A stretch of 64,000 nucleotides of DNA from Dehalococcoidia bacterium (GCA_965117035.1 OZ220748.1:2351992-2415991); one strand, 5' to 3'. Numbered from the stretch's first letter, positions 36,878 through 46,087 are shown. The notes: generated by a model not told the origin, from the sequence alone. Program-made: numbers and translations.

Positions 36878-37306
36878 ATGCGGTACTCATATCCCTGCGT
36901 CCTTTCGCCTGAAGAGGATGGTGGATTCTCCGTCTCCTTTCCCGATGTACCGGAAGCCATCACCTGCGGGGATGATCGGTCGGACGCTATCGCGATGGCG
37001 GAGGATGCCCTGGCCGGCGCCCTGGCCGGTTATGTCCAGGAGCAGTGGGACATACCGCATCCGGGGCCGGTGTCGGAGGGACAGGATGTTGTTGCCGTTC
37101 CACCGATCGCAGCGGCCAAGGTCGCGCTCTATCTGGCCATGCGCGAGCAGGGTATCTCCAAAGGAGACCTCGGCACGCGCCTGGGACTGAGTGAGACGTC
37201 CATCGACAGGCTCGTAAATCCCGACCATAGGTCCCATATCAGCCAGCTGCAAGAGGCCCTGAGAGCAGTTGGCCGCACCCTGGTCATAGAGGACAGGGCG
37301 GCATAG
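36878..37306 (+). CDS. hicB: HicB family antitoxin with C-terminal HTH
   Basis: MRYSYPCVLSPEEDGGFSVSFPDVPEAITCGDD...AEDAL, the HicB N-terminal fold pattern, plus an HTH segment (ISKGDLGTRLGLSETSIDRL). Confidence 0.75.
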   Translation: MRYSYPCVLSPEEDGGFSVSFPDVPEAITCGDDRSDAIAMAEDALAGALAGYVQEQWDIPHPGPVSEGQDVVAVPPIAAAKVALYLAMREQGISKGDLGTRLGLSETSIDRLVNPDHRSHISQLQEALRAVGRTLVIEDRAA

Positions 37307-37570
37307 CGGGCGCCGCAAGCCGATCGGACAAGCAGCGGAGATACTATGTCCGCCCGAGGCCGGAGACCCGGGATGCGCCGGTGATGGTGCGGCGCCGTGA
37401 GCCGGACGGGCAACGTTGGCCGGGTTTCTGCTAGAATGATTGGGCGCATGTGACCAGCGCGCCCCGGCTTATACAGCGACTGACTGTCCTCCGCCCCACC
37501 GTCTCGCCCTATCCGCCCGCGCCGGCCCCATTACTCCACCGCACCAGTCAGTAGAGGTACGCTCTTCAGT

Positions 37571-38959
37571 ATGTCATCCAGACCCACGACCACCCGCGCC
37601 CGTCGATCCGACCGCACACGGCGCCACCCGGCGGTATGCGCCGCCTGCAATGCGTCCACGACCGTTCCCTTCGTGCCGAGTCCTGGCAGGCAGGTGTACT
37701 GCGGCCCGTGCTTCCAGTCCCGTCGCCACCGTCCGCCAGCCGCGGCCAGGGCGCACGTGAACGATCCGGCAACGGGCGACGCACGCCCAGGCGACGCCGC
37801 CGACGCCGATGAGCCCGTGTTTCCCGGAATGGCCCTGGAGGCCGCGACCAGGCGGGCGATTGCCGAGATGGACATATCGGAACCCACACCTGTCCAGGCG
37901 AAGTCCATCCCGCACCTGCTGGAGGGCCGCGACCTGATCGGTCAGGCGCGCACCGGGTCCGGCAAAACGCTCGCGTTCGCCGTTCCGATGGTGGAGCGGT
38001 GCGACCCGTCGGTCCGGCGGGTCCAGGCGCTTGTCCTGGTGCCCACGCGCGAGCTGGCCATCCAGGTGGCCGAAGTCACGGAGGCGCTGGCATCATCGCA
38101 CCGCCTTCGCGTGACGTTGCTGTACGGCGGCCGGTCGTTGAAGCCGGAGCACGCGGCGTTGAGGAACGGGGCCCAGATCGTCATCGGCACGCCGGGCCGG
38201 ACGCTGGACCACATACGCCAGGGCAGCCTCGACCTGCGGTCGGTGCGCTTCGCGGTGCTGGACGAGGCCGACGAGATGCTGGATAGAGGCTTCGCCCGCG
38301 ACGTCGAGGCGATCCTCGGCGCGACTCCCCAGGCGCGCCAGACGGCGCTCCTGTCGGCCACCATGCCGGAGTGGGTGGCCAGCACGGCCGCGAAGCACCT
38401 GAAGGACCCCGTAACGGTCGCGGTGGACGCGGAGCTGCAATCCCTGCCCACGGTGGAACACCTCGTGTACACCATCCGCAAGAGCGACAAGATCGAGGTC
38501 CTCCGAGACCTGCTGAACGAGCGGCGCGGCGCCCCGGTCATCGTCTTCGGCAGGACCAAGCACGGCGTCAAGAGGCTGGCGAAACAGCTCTACGGAATGG
38601 GCTATCCCGTCGGCGCGCTCCAGGGTAACCTCAGTCAGAACGCCCGCGAGCGCGTGATGAAGGACTTCCGCTCCGGCGAAGCCCCAATCCTGGTCGCGAC
38701 GAACGTCGCCGCCAGGGGCCTGGACATAGAGGGCATCGAACAGGTCATCAACTATGACCTGCCGGACACGGAGCTGCTCTTCACACACCGCGTCGGACGG
38801 ACCGGCCGCATGGGCCGCTCCGGCGAGGCCGTGACGTTGATCACGCCGGACGAAGAGGGGAAGTGGCGGGAGATCGAGCGGGGCCTCGGGCGCCGGTTCA
38901 AACGCCTGACCTGGAGTTTCACCCGCCAGAAGGCGCAGTCTGGCGAGAGCTACGCATAG
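37571..38959 (+). CDS. DEAD-box ATP-dependent RNA helicase with N-terminal CxxC...CxxC extension
   Basis: Q motif PTPVQ, AQTGSGKT, DEAD, SAT, HRVGRTGR. The N-terminal region contains CAACN...VPFVPSPGRQVYCGPC. Confidence 0.9.
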   Translation: MSSRPTTTRARRSDRTRRHPAVCAACNASTTVPFVPSPGRQVYCGPCFQSRRHRPPAAARAHVNDPATGDARPGDAADADEPVFPGMALEAATRRAIAEMDISEPTPVQAKSIPHLLEGRDLIGQARTGSGKTLAFAVPMVERCDPSVRRVQALVLVPTRELAIQVAEVTEALASSHRLRVTLLYGGRSLKPEHAALRNGAQIVIGTPGRTLDHIRQGSLDLRSVRFAVLDEADEMLDRGFARDVEAILGATPQARQTALLSATMPEWVASTAAKHLKDPVTVAVDAELQSLPTVEHLVYTIRKSDKIEVLRDLLNERRGAPVIVFGRTKHGVKRLAKQLYGMGYPVGALQGNLSQNARERVMKDFRSGEAPILVATNVAARGLDIEGIEQVINYDLPDTELLFTHRVGRTGRMGRSGEAVTLITPDEEGKWREIERGLGRRFKRLTWSFTRQKAQSGESYA

Positions 38960-39261
38960 GGCTTCCGGCCCCTGGGCCGAGCGTCGCGAGGGCCACCGCC
39001 TGTGGGCGGGCCGGCCGTCGGCGCATCGGTTGTGATGGCGTGGCCTCCTCGACGATGGGGATGAGCCGCGTGCGGATGATGTGCTGGAAAGCGCGGCGCT
39101 CGCGAGGCTTGAAGGGGCGACTCGGTCGGGCTGCCTTCCCTGAATGGGTAACGCTGTCAGTCCCTTATGTACACGGGGACATATATCGTAGGGTCATAAC
39201 TTCCGATGGGCGGAGCAATAGTCACCCTCTGATATCCTATATGGTATATTGAGGGCGAGTT

Positions 39262-40131
39262 ATGACCTATTCCAAGGGAAATTCTCTGTCTGCAATATAT
39301 CACGAGAGTGGTTCGTTCGCTGGCGTGACCGGCCAGCGTCGGAGGCAACTGGGGACGCTCCATCGGGCGTTCCCCGGCCCATTCGACGCCCGCCAAGCCG
39401 CATCCGTGCTTGGCATCGATCTCGCTCGTACACGCCGCCTCCTCGCGGCGCTTGCCGCCGGTGGCTGGCTTGCCCGTGTGCGCAAGGGCTGGTATATCGG
39501 GGTGCCCCTCGACGCGTCCGAGCCGGGGGAGTGGCGTGAAGACCCGTGGGTGGTCGCGGAGACGCTGTTCTCTCCCGGCTACATCGGCGGGTGGAGCGCT
39601 GTTGAGCACTGGGAGCTGACCGACCAGATATTCAACGTGATCTACGTCATCGCGGGACGCAAGGTCGCGCCAACGCGGCAGACCGTCCAAGGGACCGACT
39701 TCTTGATCCGAACCGTGCCGGAACGCGACCTGTTCGGGACGCGCCGCGTCTGGCGCCAGCGCGTGGCGGTGAACGTTTCAGACCCCCATCGTACGGTGAT
39801 TGATGTACTCGACGTTCCCGCCTCGGCAGGCGGTATACTCCACGCGTCCGACGTCGTCGAGGCGTACCTGGAGGGCGAGTACGGCGATCCGGCGAAGCTC
39901 CTGCAGTATGGCGAACGGCTCGGCCGGGGCACGGTGTTCAAGCGGCTGGGATACCTCGCGGAACGAGCCGGGCTCGCCGGCGACCACTTCTTGGAGGCAT
40001 GTCGCAGCCGAATCACGAAGGGCGTAAGCCGTCTCGATCCCGACGGGCCGATGAAGGGGCGGATCGTATCCAGGTGGAACCTGCGCGTGAACACTCAGAG
40101 GCTCGCTCCTGACCGAGGAACCGGGTCGTGA
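39262..40131 (+). CDS. type IV toxin-antitoxin AbiEi-family antitoxin / transcriptional regulator
   Basis: N-terminal wHTH (FDARQAASVLGIDLARTRRLLAALAAGGWLARVRKGWY) and AbiEi C-terminal region. It overlaps the next ORF by 4 nt. Confidence 0.7.
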   Translation: MTYSKGNSLSAIYHESGSFAGVTGQRRRQLGTLHRAFPGPFDARQAASVLGIDLARTRRLLAALAAGGWLARVRKGWYIGVPLDASEPGEWREDPWVVAETLFSPGYIGGWSAVEHWELTDQIFNVIYVIAGRKVAPTRQTVQGTDFLIRTVPERDLFGTRRVWRQRVAVNVSDPHRTVIDVLDVPASAGGILHASDVVEAYLEGEYGDPAKLLQYGERLGRGTVFKRLGYLAERAGLAGDHFLEACRSRITKGVSRLDPDGPMKGRIVSRWNLRVNTQRLAPDRGTGS

Positions 40132-40547
40132 TCACGCGCGCCGACATCGACGACCGTGTTCGGCTCTGGGGGCTTCGTGAAGACGTGGTCGAGAAAGACT
40201 ACGTACTCGGATGGGTCCTCTGGGGCATAGGAACGGATCAGCAACTGGACCGCAGCTGGGTGTTCAAAGGCGGGACGTGCCTGAAGAAATACTATATCGA
40301 AACGTATCGCTTCTCTCTAAGGCGGACGAGGTCCGGCGACATTCTCCTCCACGCCATTCGTGCAGACGATGGGGAGAACCGCACATATCGGATCGATCGT
40401 ATCCAGTCCGTCGCGGTGACTACCCACCCGTTCAGGCCGCGATTCGTGGTCGAATTCCCTGTAGCCGGCGCGATTCCTACCCCGCCCTCACGGAGGCGAA
40501 GCGTCTCGCGTAGACGAAGGGTAAGGCGGGCGAGACGTCGCCGGTAG
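40128..40547 (+). pseudogene. truncated AbiEii nucleotidyltransferase toxin fused to a WYL-like fragment
   Basis: The first ~62 codons (EKDYVLGWVLWGI...WVFKGGTCLKKYYIETYRFS) match the AbiEii N-terminus and stop before the expected catalytic region. From about 40317 the frame continues as ...LLHAIRADDGENRTYRIDRIQSVAVTTHPFRPRF (WYL-domain-end-like), then an Arg-rich tail. Confidence 0.5.
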
Positions 40548-40622
40548 GAGCCATCTTCGTTCCCGCCGCTTAACAACGCCGAGGGACCTGCTCCAATTGT
40601 GGGTCAAGTCTCCGCCACGGAC

Positions 40623-41795
40623 TCACGGGCCCTCTTCGTTGTGGTGGCGGATGGCGCGGGGCGGCTGCTCGACGTAGGGGTTGGCGAGCAGGGCCTGCTC
40701 GTCGAGGTCGAGTCCGAGGCCCGGGCGGTCTGGGAGCGTGACGTAGCCGTTCTCGACCGTGAGCGGCTCTACGGATATCTCGTTGCCGGTCTCCTCGAAG
40801 TTGACGAAGTACTCGGTGATCAGGAAGTTGGGCATCGTCGCGGCGGCCTGGACGGTCGCGGCCAAGGCGACCGTCGTGCTGTTGTAGTTGTGCGGCGAGA
40901 CTGCGACGTAGTACGGCTCCGCCATCGCCGCGATCTCCTTCAGCTCCAGGATGCCGCCGCAGTTGGCCACGTCCGGGTTGATGATGTCGGCGGCCCGCCG
41001 CTCGAACACCTCCCTGAACGCGGCCTTCGTGTATAGCGTCTCGCCCGTGACGACGGGGACGCGCGTCCGGGCGCGCACCTCGGCCAGCGCGGGGATGTTC
41101 TCGGCCGGCACCGGCTCCTCGTACCAGAACGGCCTGAACCGCTCCAGCTCGCGGCCGAAGCGGACCGCGTTCATCGGCGACAGCCGGCGGTGGCCCTCGA
41201 TCAGCAGGTCGATCTCCGGGCCGACGGCCTCGCGCACGGCGCCGACGACCTCGATGGCCGACCGCTCGACCTCCTTCGAGACGAACGACCGCCACGGCCT
41301 CGGGAACGGGTCGAACTTCATGGCGGTGAAGCCGCGGGAGACCGTCTCGGCGGCCCTCTCGGCGAACTCGTCGGGGCGCGACGATCCGGCGTACCAGCCG
41401 TTGGCGTAGACGCGGACGCGGTCCCGGCACGGCCCGCCGAGCAGCCGGTGGACGGGCACGCCCAGCGTCTTGCCGACGACGTCCCACAGCGCCTGCTCGA
41501 TGCCGCTGAGCGCGCAGTAGAGGTCCATCGAGCCGCGGCGGCTGCTGAAGTCGTCGTAGACGATGGCGCTGAAGTGCTTGATGGCGAACGGGTCGCGGCC
41601 GACCAGGTACCGGGCCATCTCGCGGACGTGCTCCTCGATGGCGCGGTCGCGGTCGAGCTGCGTGTAGGCCTCTCCCCAGCCCTCGGTCCCATCGTCCGTC
41701 TCGACCTTGACGAAGAGCCAGTTCTTGGCCCCGACCACGCCGGCCCTCTTGGCCGACGGCGTCACGAGAAATGTCTTCACCGCGGTGGTTTTCAT
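40623..41795 (-). CDS. enolase-superfamily enzyme (mandelate racemase/muconate lactonizing family, galactonate-dehydratase-like)
   Basis: WLFVKVETDDGTEGWGEA...ALWDVVGK..GVPVHRLLGG... Confidence 0.85.
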   Translation of the reverse strand: MKTTAVKTFLVTPSAKRAGVVGAKNWLFVKVETDDGTEGWGEAYTQLDRDRAIEEHVREMARYLVGRDPFAIKHFSAIVYDDFSSRRGSMDLYCALSGIEQALWDVVGKTLGVPVHRLLGGPCRDRVRVYANGWYAGSSRPDEFAERAAETVSRGFTAMKFDPFPRPWRSFVSKEVERSAIEVVGAVREAVGPEIDLLIEGHRRLSPMNAVRFGRELERFRPFWYEEPVPAENIPALAEVRARTRVPVVTGETLYTKAAFREVFERRAADIINPDVANCGGILELKEIAAMAEPYYVAVSPHNYNSTTVALAATVQAAATMPNFLITEYFVNFEETGNEISVEPLTVENGYVTLPDRPGLGLDLDEQALLANPYVEQPPRAIRHHNEEGP

Positions 41796-41828
41796 GCTGG
41801 ATCTCCGGTCGGGGACTTGCAGCGGGCG

Positions 41829-42956
41829 TTATCCGAGTCGATGCGTCGGGAAGACGGCGCGCTGGACCTCCAGCACGCTGCGCTCGGCGAAGGTGCGCGC
41901 GTCGTCCAGCACCTGCCGCCTGATCGGTAGCTCGTCGGCGTCCCGCAGCGCGGAGACGCCGTGGGCGTCGCGGTAAGACGGGGCGATCTCGTCGGGAAGC
42001 TCCTGTTCGGACAGCACGCCGAAGGCGAGCGTCCAGGCGCGGGCGACGGCCTGCAGGTCGTAGCCGCCGCCGCCGAGCGTCAGCCAGAGCGGCGCGACGC
42101 CCGCGAACCCGGCCACGGCCTCCGCGAAGCCCTGCACCGTCAGCGCCAGGTGCGTGATCGGGTCGCGGTAGTGGGAGTCGATGCCGACCTGGGTGACCAG
42201 CGCGTCGGGACGGAACGCGTCCAGCAGCGGGACGACCGTCTCCCGGAACGCCCACAGGTACGTCTCGTCGGTCGTGTAGGGGTAGAGCGGGACGTTGACG
42301 GAGTAGCCGGCGCCGCTGCCGGCGCCCGTCTCGTTGGTGAAGCCGGTGCCGGGGAAGATGAACTGGCCCGACTCGTGGACGGAGATCGTCAGCACCTCGT
42401 CGGTGTCGTAGAAGGCGGCCTGCACGCCATCGCCGTGGTGGCAGTCGATGTCGACGTAGGCGACGCGCATGCCCGCCCTCGTCAGCGCCATGATCGCCAG
42501 CACCGGGTCGTTGAAGACGCAGAAGCCGGAGGCGCGGTCGGCCCAGGCGTGGTGGAGCCCGCCCGATATGCTCATCGCGGCGTCGGCCTCGCCCGCCAGC
42601 AGCATGTCGGCGGCCTTCAGCGACGCGCCGGTCGACCATAGCGCGGCCTCGTACATCCCCTCGTAGATCGGGTTGTCTCCCGCGCCCAGGTTGAAGGTGC
42701 TGGGGTAGCCGGGGAGCAGACCCGCGCTGAAGCTGCGAACCGCCTCGACGTACTCACGGACGTGGAAGGCAAGCACCTCCTCCTCAGCCGCCATCCGCGG
42801 CTGCACGAGCGACGCGTTCGGGGCCGCGAAGGCGTCGTAAGACTCGAGCAGCTCGTAGACGTACCTCAGCCGCACGGGCTTCATCGGGTGCTCGGGGCTC
42901 AATTCGTGGCGCGACAGTACGTCGCTGTAGACGAATGCTGCCTTCCTGGCGGTCAC
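41829..42956 (-). CDS. histone deacetylase-family enzyme (AcuC / acetylpolyamine amidohydrolase-like)
   Basis: GGLHHAWADRASGFCVFND...DIDCHHGDGVQ...SVH. GTG start at 42956 with GAGGT 5 nt upstream, 2 nt after the FIST gene stop. Confidence 0.85.
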   Translation of the reverse strand: MTARKAAFVYSDVLSRHELSPEHPMKPVRLRYVYELLESYDAFAAPNASLVQPRMAAEEEVLAFHVREYVEAVRSFSAGLLPGYPSTFNLGAGDNPIYEGMYEAALWSTGASLKAADMLLAGEADAAMSISGGLHHAWADRASGFCVFNDPVLAIMALTRAGMRVAYVDIDCHHGDGVQAAFYDTDEVLTISVHESGQFIFPGTGFTNETGAGSGAGYSVNVPLYPYTTDETYLWAFRETVVPLLDAFRPDALVTQVGIDSHYRDPITHLALTVQGFAEAVAGFAGVAPLWLTLGGGGYDLQAVARAWTLAFGVLSEQELPDEIAPSYRDAHGVSALRDADELPIRRQVLDDARTFAERSVLEVQRAVFPTHRLG

Positions 42957-42958
42957 GG

Positions 42959-44140
42959 CTACCTCGTGCGGAAGATCCCGAAGGAGCTGGTGTAGCCGTG
43001 CAGGAAGGTCGTGCCGCCTACCGGGCCGATCTCGCCGTTGCAGAAGAAGCCGGTGAGAGGCATCGCGTTGACCTTCTCGCGGAACATGTCCGTGTCGTGG
43101 TCGGCGCGGCCGAACAGGCTCTGGCCCCGGCCCAGGCACGAAAACAGCAGCGCGCCCGTCTCCTCGTAGAGCGGGCGCTCCGTCGAGTAGCGGCCGAGCA
43201 TGGCGTCGAGGTCCTCCGTAGACGTCTGCGCGTCGCGCAGGTGGAACTGCACGATCTGCCCCTCGGACGGCAGCTCGCCGACGGCGAGGAAGCCCTTGGA
43301 CTGGTCGACGCCGATGATGTTGCGGATGAGGAAGTCGCCCATCGACGGCGTCTCGTTGAGCCGGTCCATGGCGATGCCCAGGAAGAGCGAGTGGCGCGCC
43401 AGGCTCCGGTCTCGCTCGTCGAGCCGTCCGACGACGTCCATCAGCGCCTGCACGGGGGTCTTTCCGTCCAACTCGAGGAGCCAGTTGCCCGAGCACGACG
43501 TGATTTGCATCGTCCCGCCTATCGGGCGGCACCCCTGGGCGACGACGGTGTCTATGGTGACCGAGCCCGCCACGGCGACGCCGACCGCGCCCGACGTCCG
43601 GACGTCGCCGCCGACGTACAGTGCGTTGCCACCCGGCGCGTGCGCGCCGCTCGCCAGCCCGCCTATGGTCGCGCTCCCCGGGTACGCGTAGTCGAGACCG
43701 GCGATGAGCCTGTCGCACGCGAAGCTGAACGGGTCCGCGAGCAGCACGAAGTCGGGCTTGCCGTCAGGATGGCTGCCAACGAGGTCCCACCAACGCTCAG
43801 GCGGCGAGTCCTGGTCGGGCAGGTCGTCGTTCTCGACGTGGAACAGCGACAGGTCCGCCTCGGGCAGCGCGGCCGCGGCGAGCGCGAATCCGGGGCCGCC
43901 CTCCACCTCGCGGCCGGCGCCTATGACGCCGCCGCCCGAGCATCCCAGCAGCGGGCAGTCGCCGAGAGCGCGGCGGACCAGGGCGGGCACGTCGCCGTAG
44001 CCGCCCGCGTGGGCCGCGGAGGGGAACACGAACGCGAGGTCGGTGCGCCGGCCCTCGAGGCCTTCGAGGACGCTCGCGGCGCACTCGTCGACGGCGCCCT
44101 CCAGCGAGGGGTCGCCCGAAACGGCCGAGCTCCACTTCAT
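42959..44140 (-). CDS. FIST (N and C) sensory-domain protein
   Basis: 393-aa ORF. N-terminal ...DLAFVFPSAAH...LLGCSGGGVIG and C-terminal ...LLFSCLGRG..LFG...D are typical of FIST_N/FIST_C. Confidence 0.7.
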   Translation of the reverse strand: MKWSSAVSGDPSLEGAVDECAASVLEGLEGRRTDLAFVFPSAAHAGGYGDVPALVRRALGDCPLLGCSGGGVIGAGREVEGGPGFALAAAALPEADLSLFHVENDDLPDQDSPPERWWDLVGSHPDGKPDFVLLADPFSFACDRLIAGLDYAYPGSATIGGLASGAHAPGGNALYVGGDVRTSGAVGVAVAGSVTIDTVVAQGCRPIGGTMQITSCSGNWLLELDGKTPVQALMDVVGRLDERDRSLARHSLFLGIAMDRLNETPSMGDFLIRNIIGVDQSKGFLAVGELPSEGQIVQFHLRDAQTSTEDLDAMLGRYSTERPLYEETGALLFSCLGRGQSLFGRADHDTDMFREKVNAMPLTGFFCNGEIGPVGGTTFLHGYTSSFGIFRTR

Positions 44141-44144
44141 GCGT

Positions 44145-44429
44145 CTACTCCCACCCGTCGTCCTCCTCTTCCCGCGGCTCGAAGCCTAGCGCCCGCAGGT
44201 CCTCCATGAGGCTGGGCAGCCAGTCCCGCGTCGGGACCGCGGCGGGCGCCGTGATCTCCAGGCCGCCGTCCGGGGCGCGTACCACGCGGCCGTTGCCCTT
44301 TTTCTCCAGCGGCACGCTGATCGTCTCGCGGTCGATGCCGAACAGGTCGGTCACCTCGTAGACGGCCATCATGTCGTCCATGCCGATGATCTGCTCGGAC
44401 ACCGCAGACTCCGTGGCGCCGCTACTCAA
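44145..44429 (-). CDS. hypothetical small acidic protein
   Basis: 94-aa ORF, 4 nt upstream of the FIST gene on the same strand. No family recognised. Confidence 0.5.
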   Translation of the reverse strand: MSSGATESAVSEQIIGMDDMMAVYEVTDLFGIDRETISVPLEKKGNGRVVRAPDGGLEITAPAAVPTRDWLPSLMEDLRALGFEPREEEDDGWE

Positions 44430-44516
44430 CCACCGCGGCGCGGGCTAGAATGACCGTCCGGGCACATTGTAACCGCTTGGGATGGCGCGCACGACCGAAG
44501 CGCTCTGAATACCAGA

Positions 44517-45050
44517 ATGATGACACTGCCTGACTACCTGGCTCCCGGCCTCGACGTCGTGTTCGTCGGGATCAATCCCGGCGCGTACTCGGCCGAGGTC
44601 GGCCACTACTTCGCGACGCCGGCGAACCGGTTCTGGCCGGCCGTCAACCGGTCGGGCCTCTTCCCGGAGCCGCTGACGGCCGAGGACGACCATCGCGTCC
44701 TGGAGTTCGGCGTTGGACTGACCGACGTGGTGAAGCGGCCGTCGAACAGCGCGTCGAAGCTGCGGGCGGCCGACTACCGCCAATGGGCGCCGGTGCTCAG
44801 GGACAAGCTGGAGCGCTTCGCGCCGGCCATCGTGTGCTTCCACGGCGTCACCGCGTACAGGGGCTACCTGAAGTACGCCGAGGGCGTCGACGTGCGCCCC
44901 GAATTGGGCCTCCAGGACCGGCCGATAGGGGCATCCCGGGTGTTCGTCGTGCCGAATCCGAGCCCGGCGAACGCGGTCTACTCGGTCGACGACCTCGCGG
45001 CCTGGTACCGGCGGCTCAAAGAGCTGAGAGACGGGCTGGGGGAGACGTGA
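44517..45050 (+). CDS. mug: G/U mismatch-specific DNA glycosylase (Mug/TDG family)
   Basis: VVFVGINPGAYSAEVGHYFATPANRFWPAV...VVPNPSPAN. Confidence 0.85.
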   Translation: MMTLPDYLAPGLDVVFVGINPGAYSAEVGHYFATPANRFWPAVNRSGLFPEPLTAEDDHRVLEFGVGLTDVVKRPSNSASKLRAADYRQWAPVLRDKLERFAPAIVCFHGVTAYRGYLKYAEGVDVRPELGLQDRPIGASRVFVVPNPSPANAVYSVDDLAAWYRRLKELRDGLGET

Positions 45051-45649
45051 GCGAGTCGGTCCGGGCGTTCGTGGCGGTGGAGCTGCCGCCGGGGGTGAAG
45101 CAGGCGCTGTCGGCCGTCGCGCGGCACCTGGACGGCCACGGGATCGCGGGACTGCGCACCGTCGACCCGGCGTCCGCCCACCTGACGCTGAAGTTCCTGG
45201 GCAATGTTCCGGCGGCGCGGGTTGATGCCATCCAGGAGGCGCTGGTCGATGCAGTGTCGCGGTCGGCGCCGTTCATGCTGAGGCTCGGAGAGACGGGGAC
45301 GTTTCCCGAGCGCGGGGCGCCCCGTGTGTTGTGGGTCGGGCTGGCCGGGGACACCGACGCGCTGGCCGCGCTGCGGGGCCGGATCGAGGAAGCGCTCGAG
45401 TTGTTGGGATTCACGCCTGAGAGCCGCCCCTTCCGGCCTCATCTCACGCTGGCCCGCATGGCAGACCGGAGCGCGCGGTCAGAGCGCAACCGGGCGCGGA
45501 AGGCGCTGTCGTCGGCGCCGTTCGAGCCGGGGTTGGCGTTCGACGTGGGCAGCGTGAGCCTGATGCGGAGCATCCTCCGGACCGAGGGGGCACGCTACGT
45601 TCGCCTGGCGTCGGCCCCGCTCCGGGGTCCGGCGAACATGGAAGCATGA
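45047..45649 (+). CDS. thpR: RNA 2',3'-cyclic phosphodiesterase (2H family, ThpR/LigT-like)
   Basis: Two HxTx motifs (HLTLKF, HLTLAR). The GTG start overlaps the mug stop (GTGA). Confidence 0.8.
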   Translation: MSESVRAFVAVELPPGVKQALSAVARHLDGHGIAGLRTVDPASAHLTLKFLGNVPAARVDAIQEALVDAVSRSAPFMLRLGETGTFPERGAPRVLWVGLAGDTDALAALRGRIEEALELLGFTPESRPFRPHLTLARMADRSARSERNRARKALSSAPFEPGLAFDVGSVSLMRSILRTEGARYVRLASAPLRGPANMEA

Positions 45650-45651
45650 GC

Positions 45652-46001
45652 AACTGTTCAGACTTGCTGAGAGGAACGCCACCACCGTCGTTCCCGCGAA
45701 GGGAGACCCTTGAATAACCGTCATTCCCGCGCAGGGAGACGTTTGCACAATCGTCGTTCCCGGGCAGGGAGACCCTTGTACAACCGTCATTCCCGCGCAG
45801 GCGGGAACCCAGGGGGTGGCGGCTCAGCTACGAGATCGACGGATGTCCGCCCTGTCGGCTCCCCTGCGCGGAGTCATGCAAAGGTCTCCGAAGGCGGGAA
45901 TCCATCCCCGGCCGGGTGCGTCGCCGTCACTCGGGAAAACAGCCGGTTTCATCGGGCCGTCGGGTTGTGTGTTGTTTGGCCCCTTGACTCTGAACAGTTA
46001 C
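45652..46001. mobile_element. composite MITE-like element: TIRs enclosing tandem 33-nt modules
   Basis: AACTGTTCAGA (45652-45662) and TCTGAACAGTT (45989-45999) are perfect inverted repeats. The interior holds three in-phase 33-nt units (45701-45733, 45734-45766, 45767-45799), then GGCGGGAACCCAGGGG and the about 75-nt module also seen at 14250, 26455 and (inverted) 22140. Confidence 0.65.
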
Positions 46002-46087
46002 AAGCATGAGATTGCCTTGGCGGGGGTTGGAACGCGGTGCTATACTTGCCGCGTTTTTTGAATCTGGCGGTATGTGAGGAGGGTCAA

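Noticed and set aside
38863-39252. A 129-aa ORF downstream of the helicase gene.
   Set aside because: It overlaps the helicase 3' end out of frame, then crosses an AT-rich non-coding stretch. It has no RBS and no recognisable motifs.
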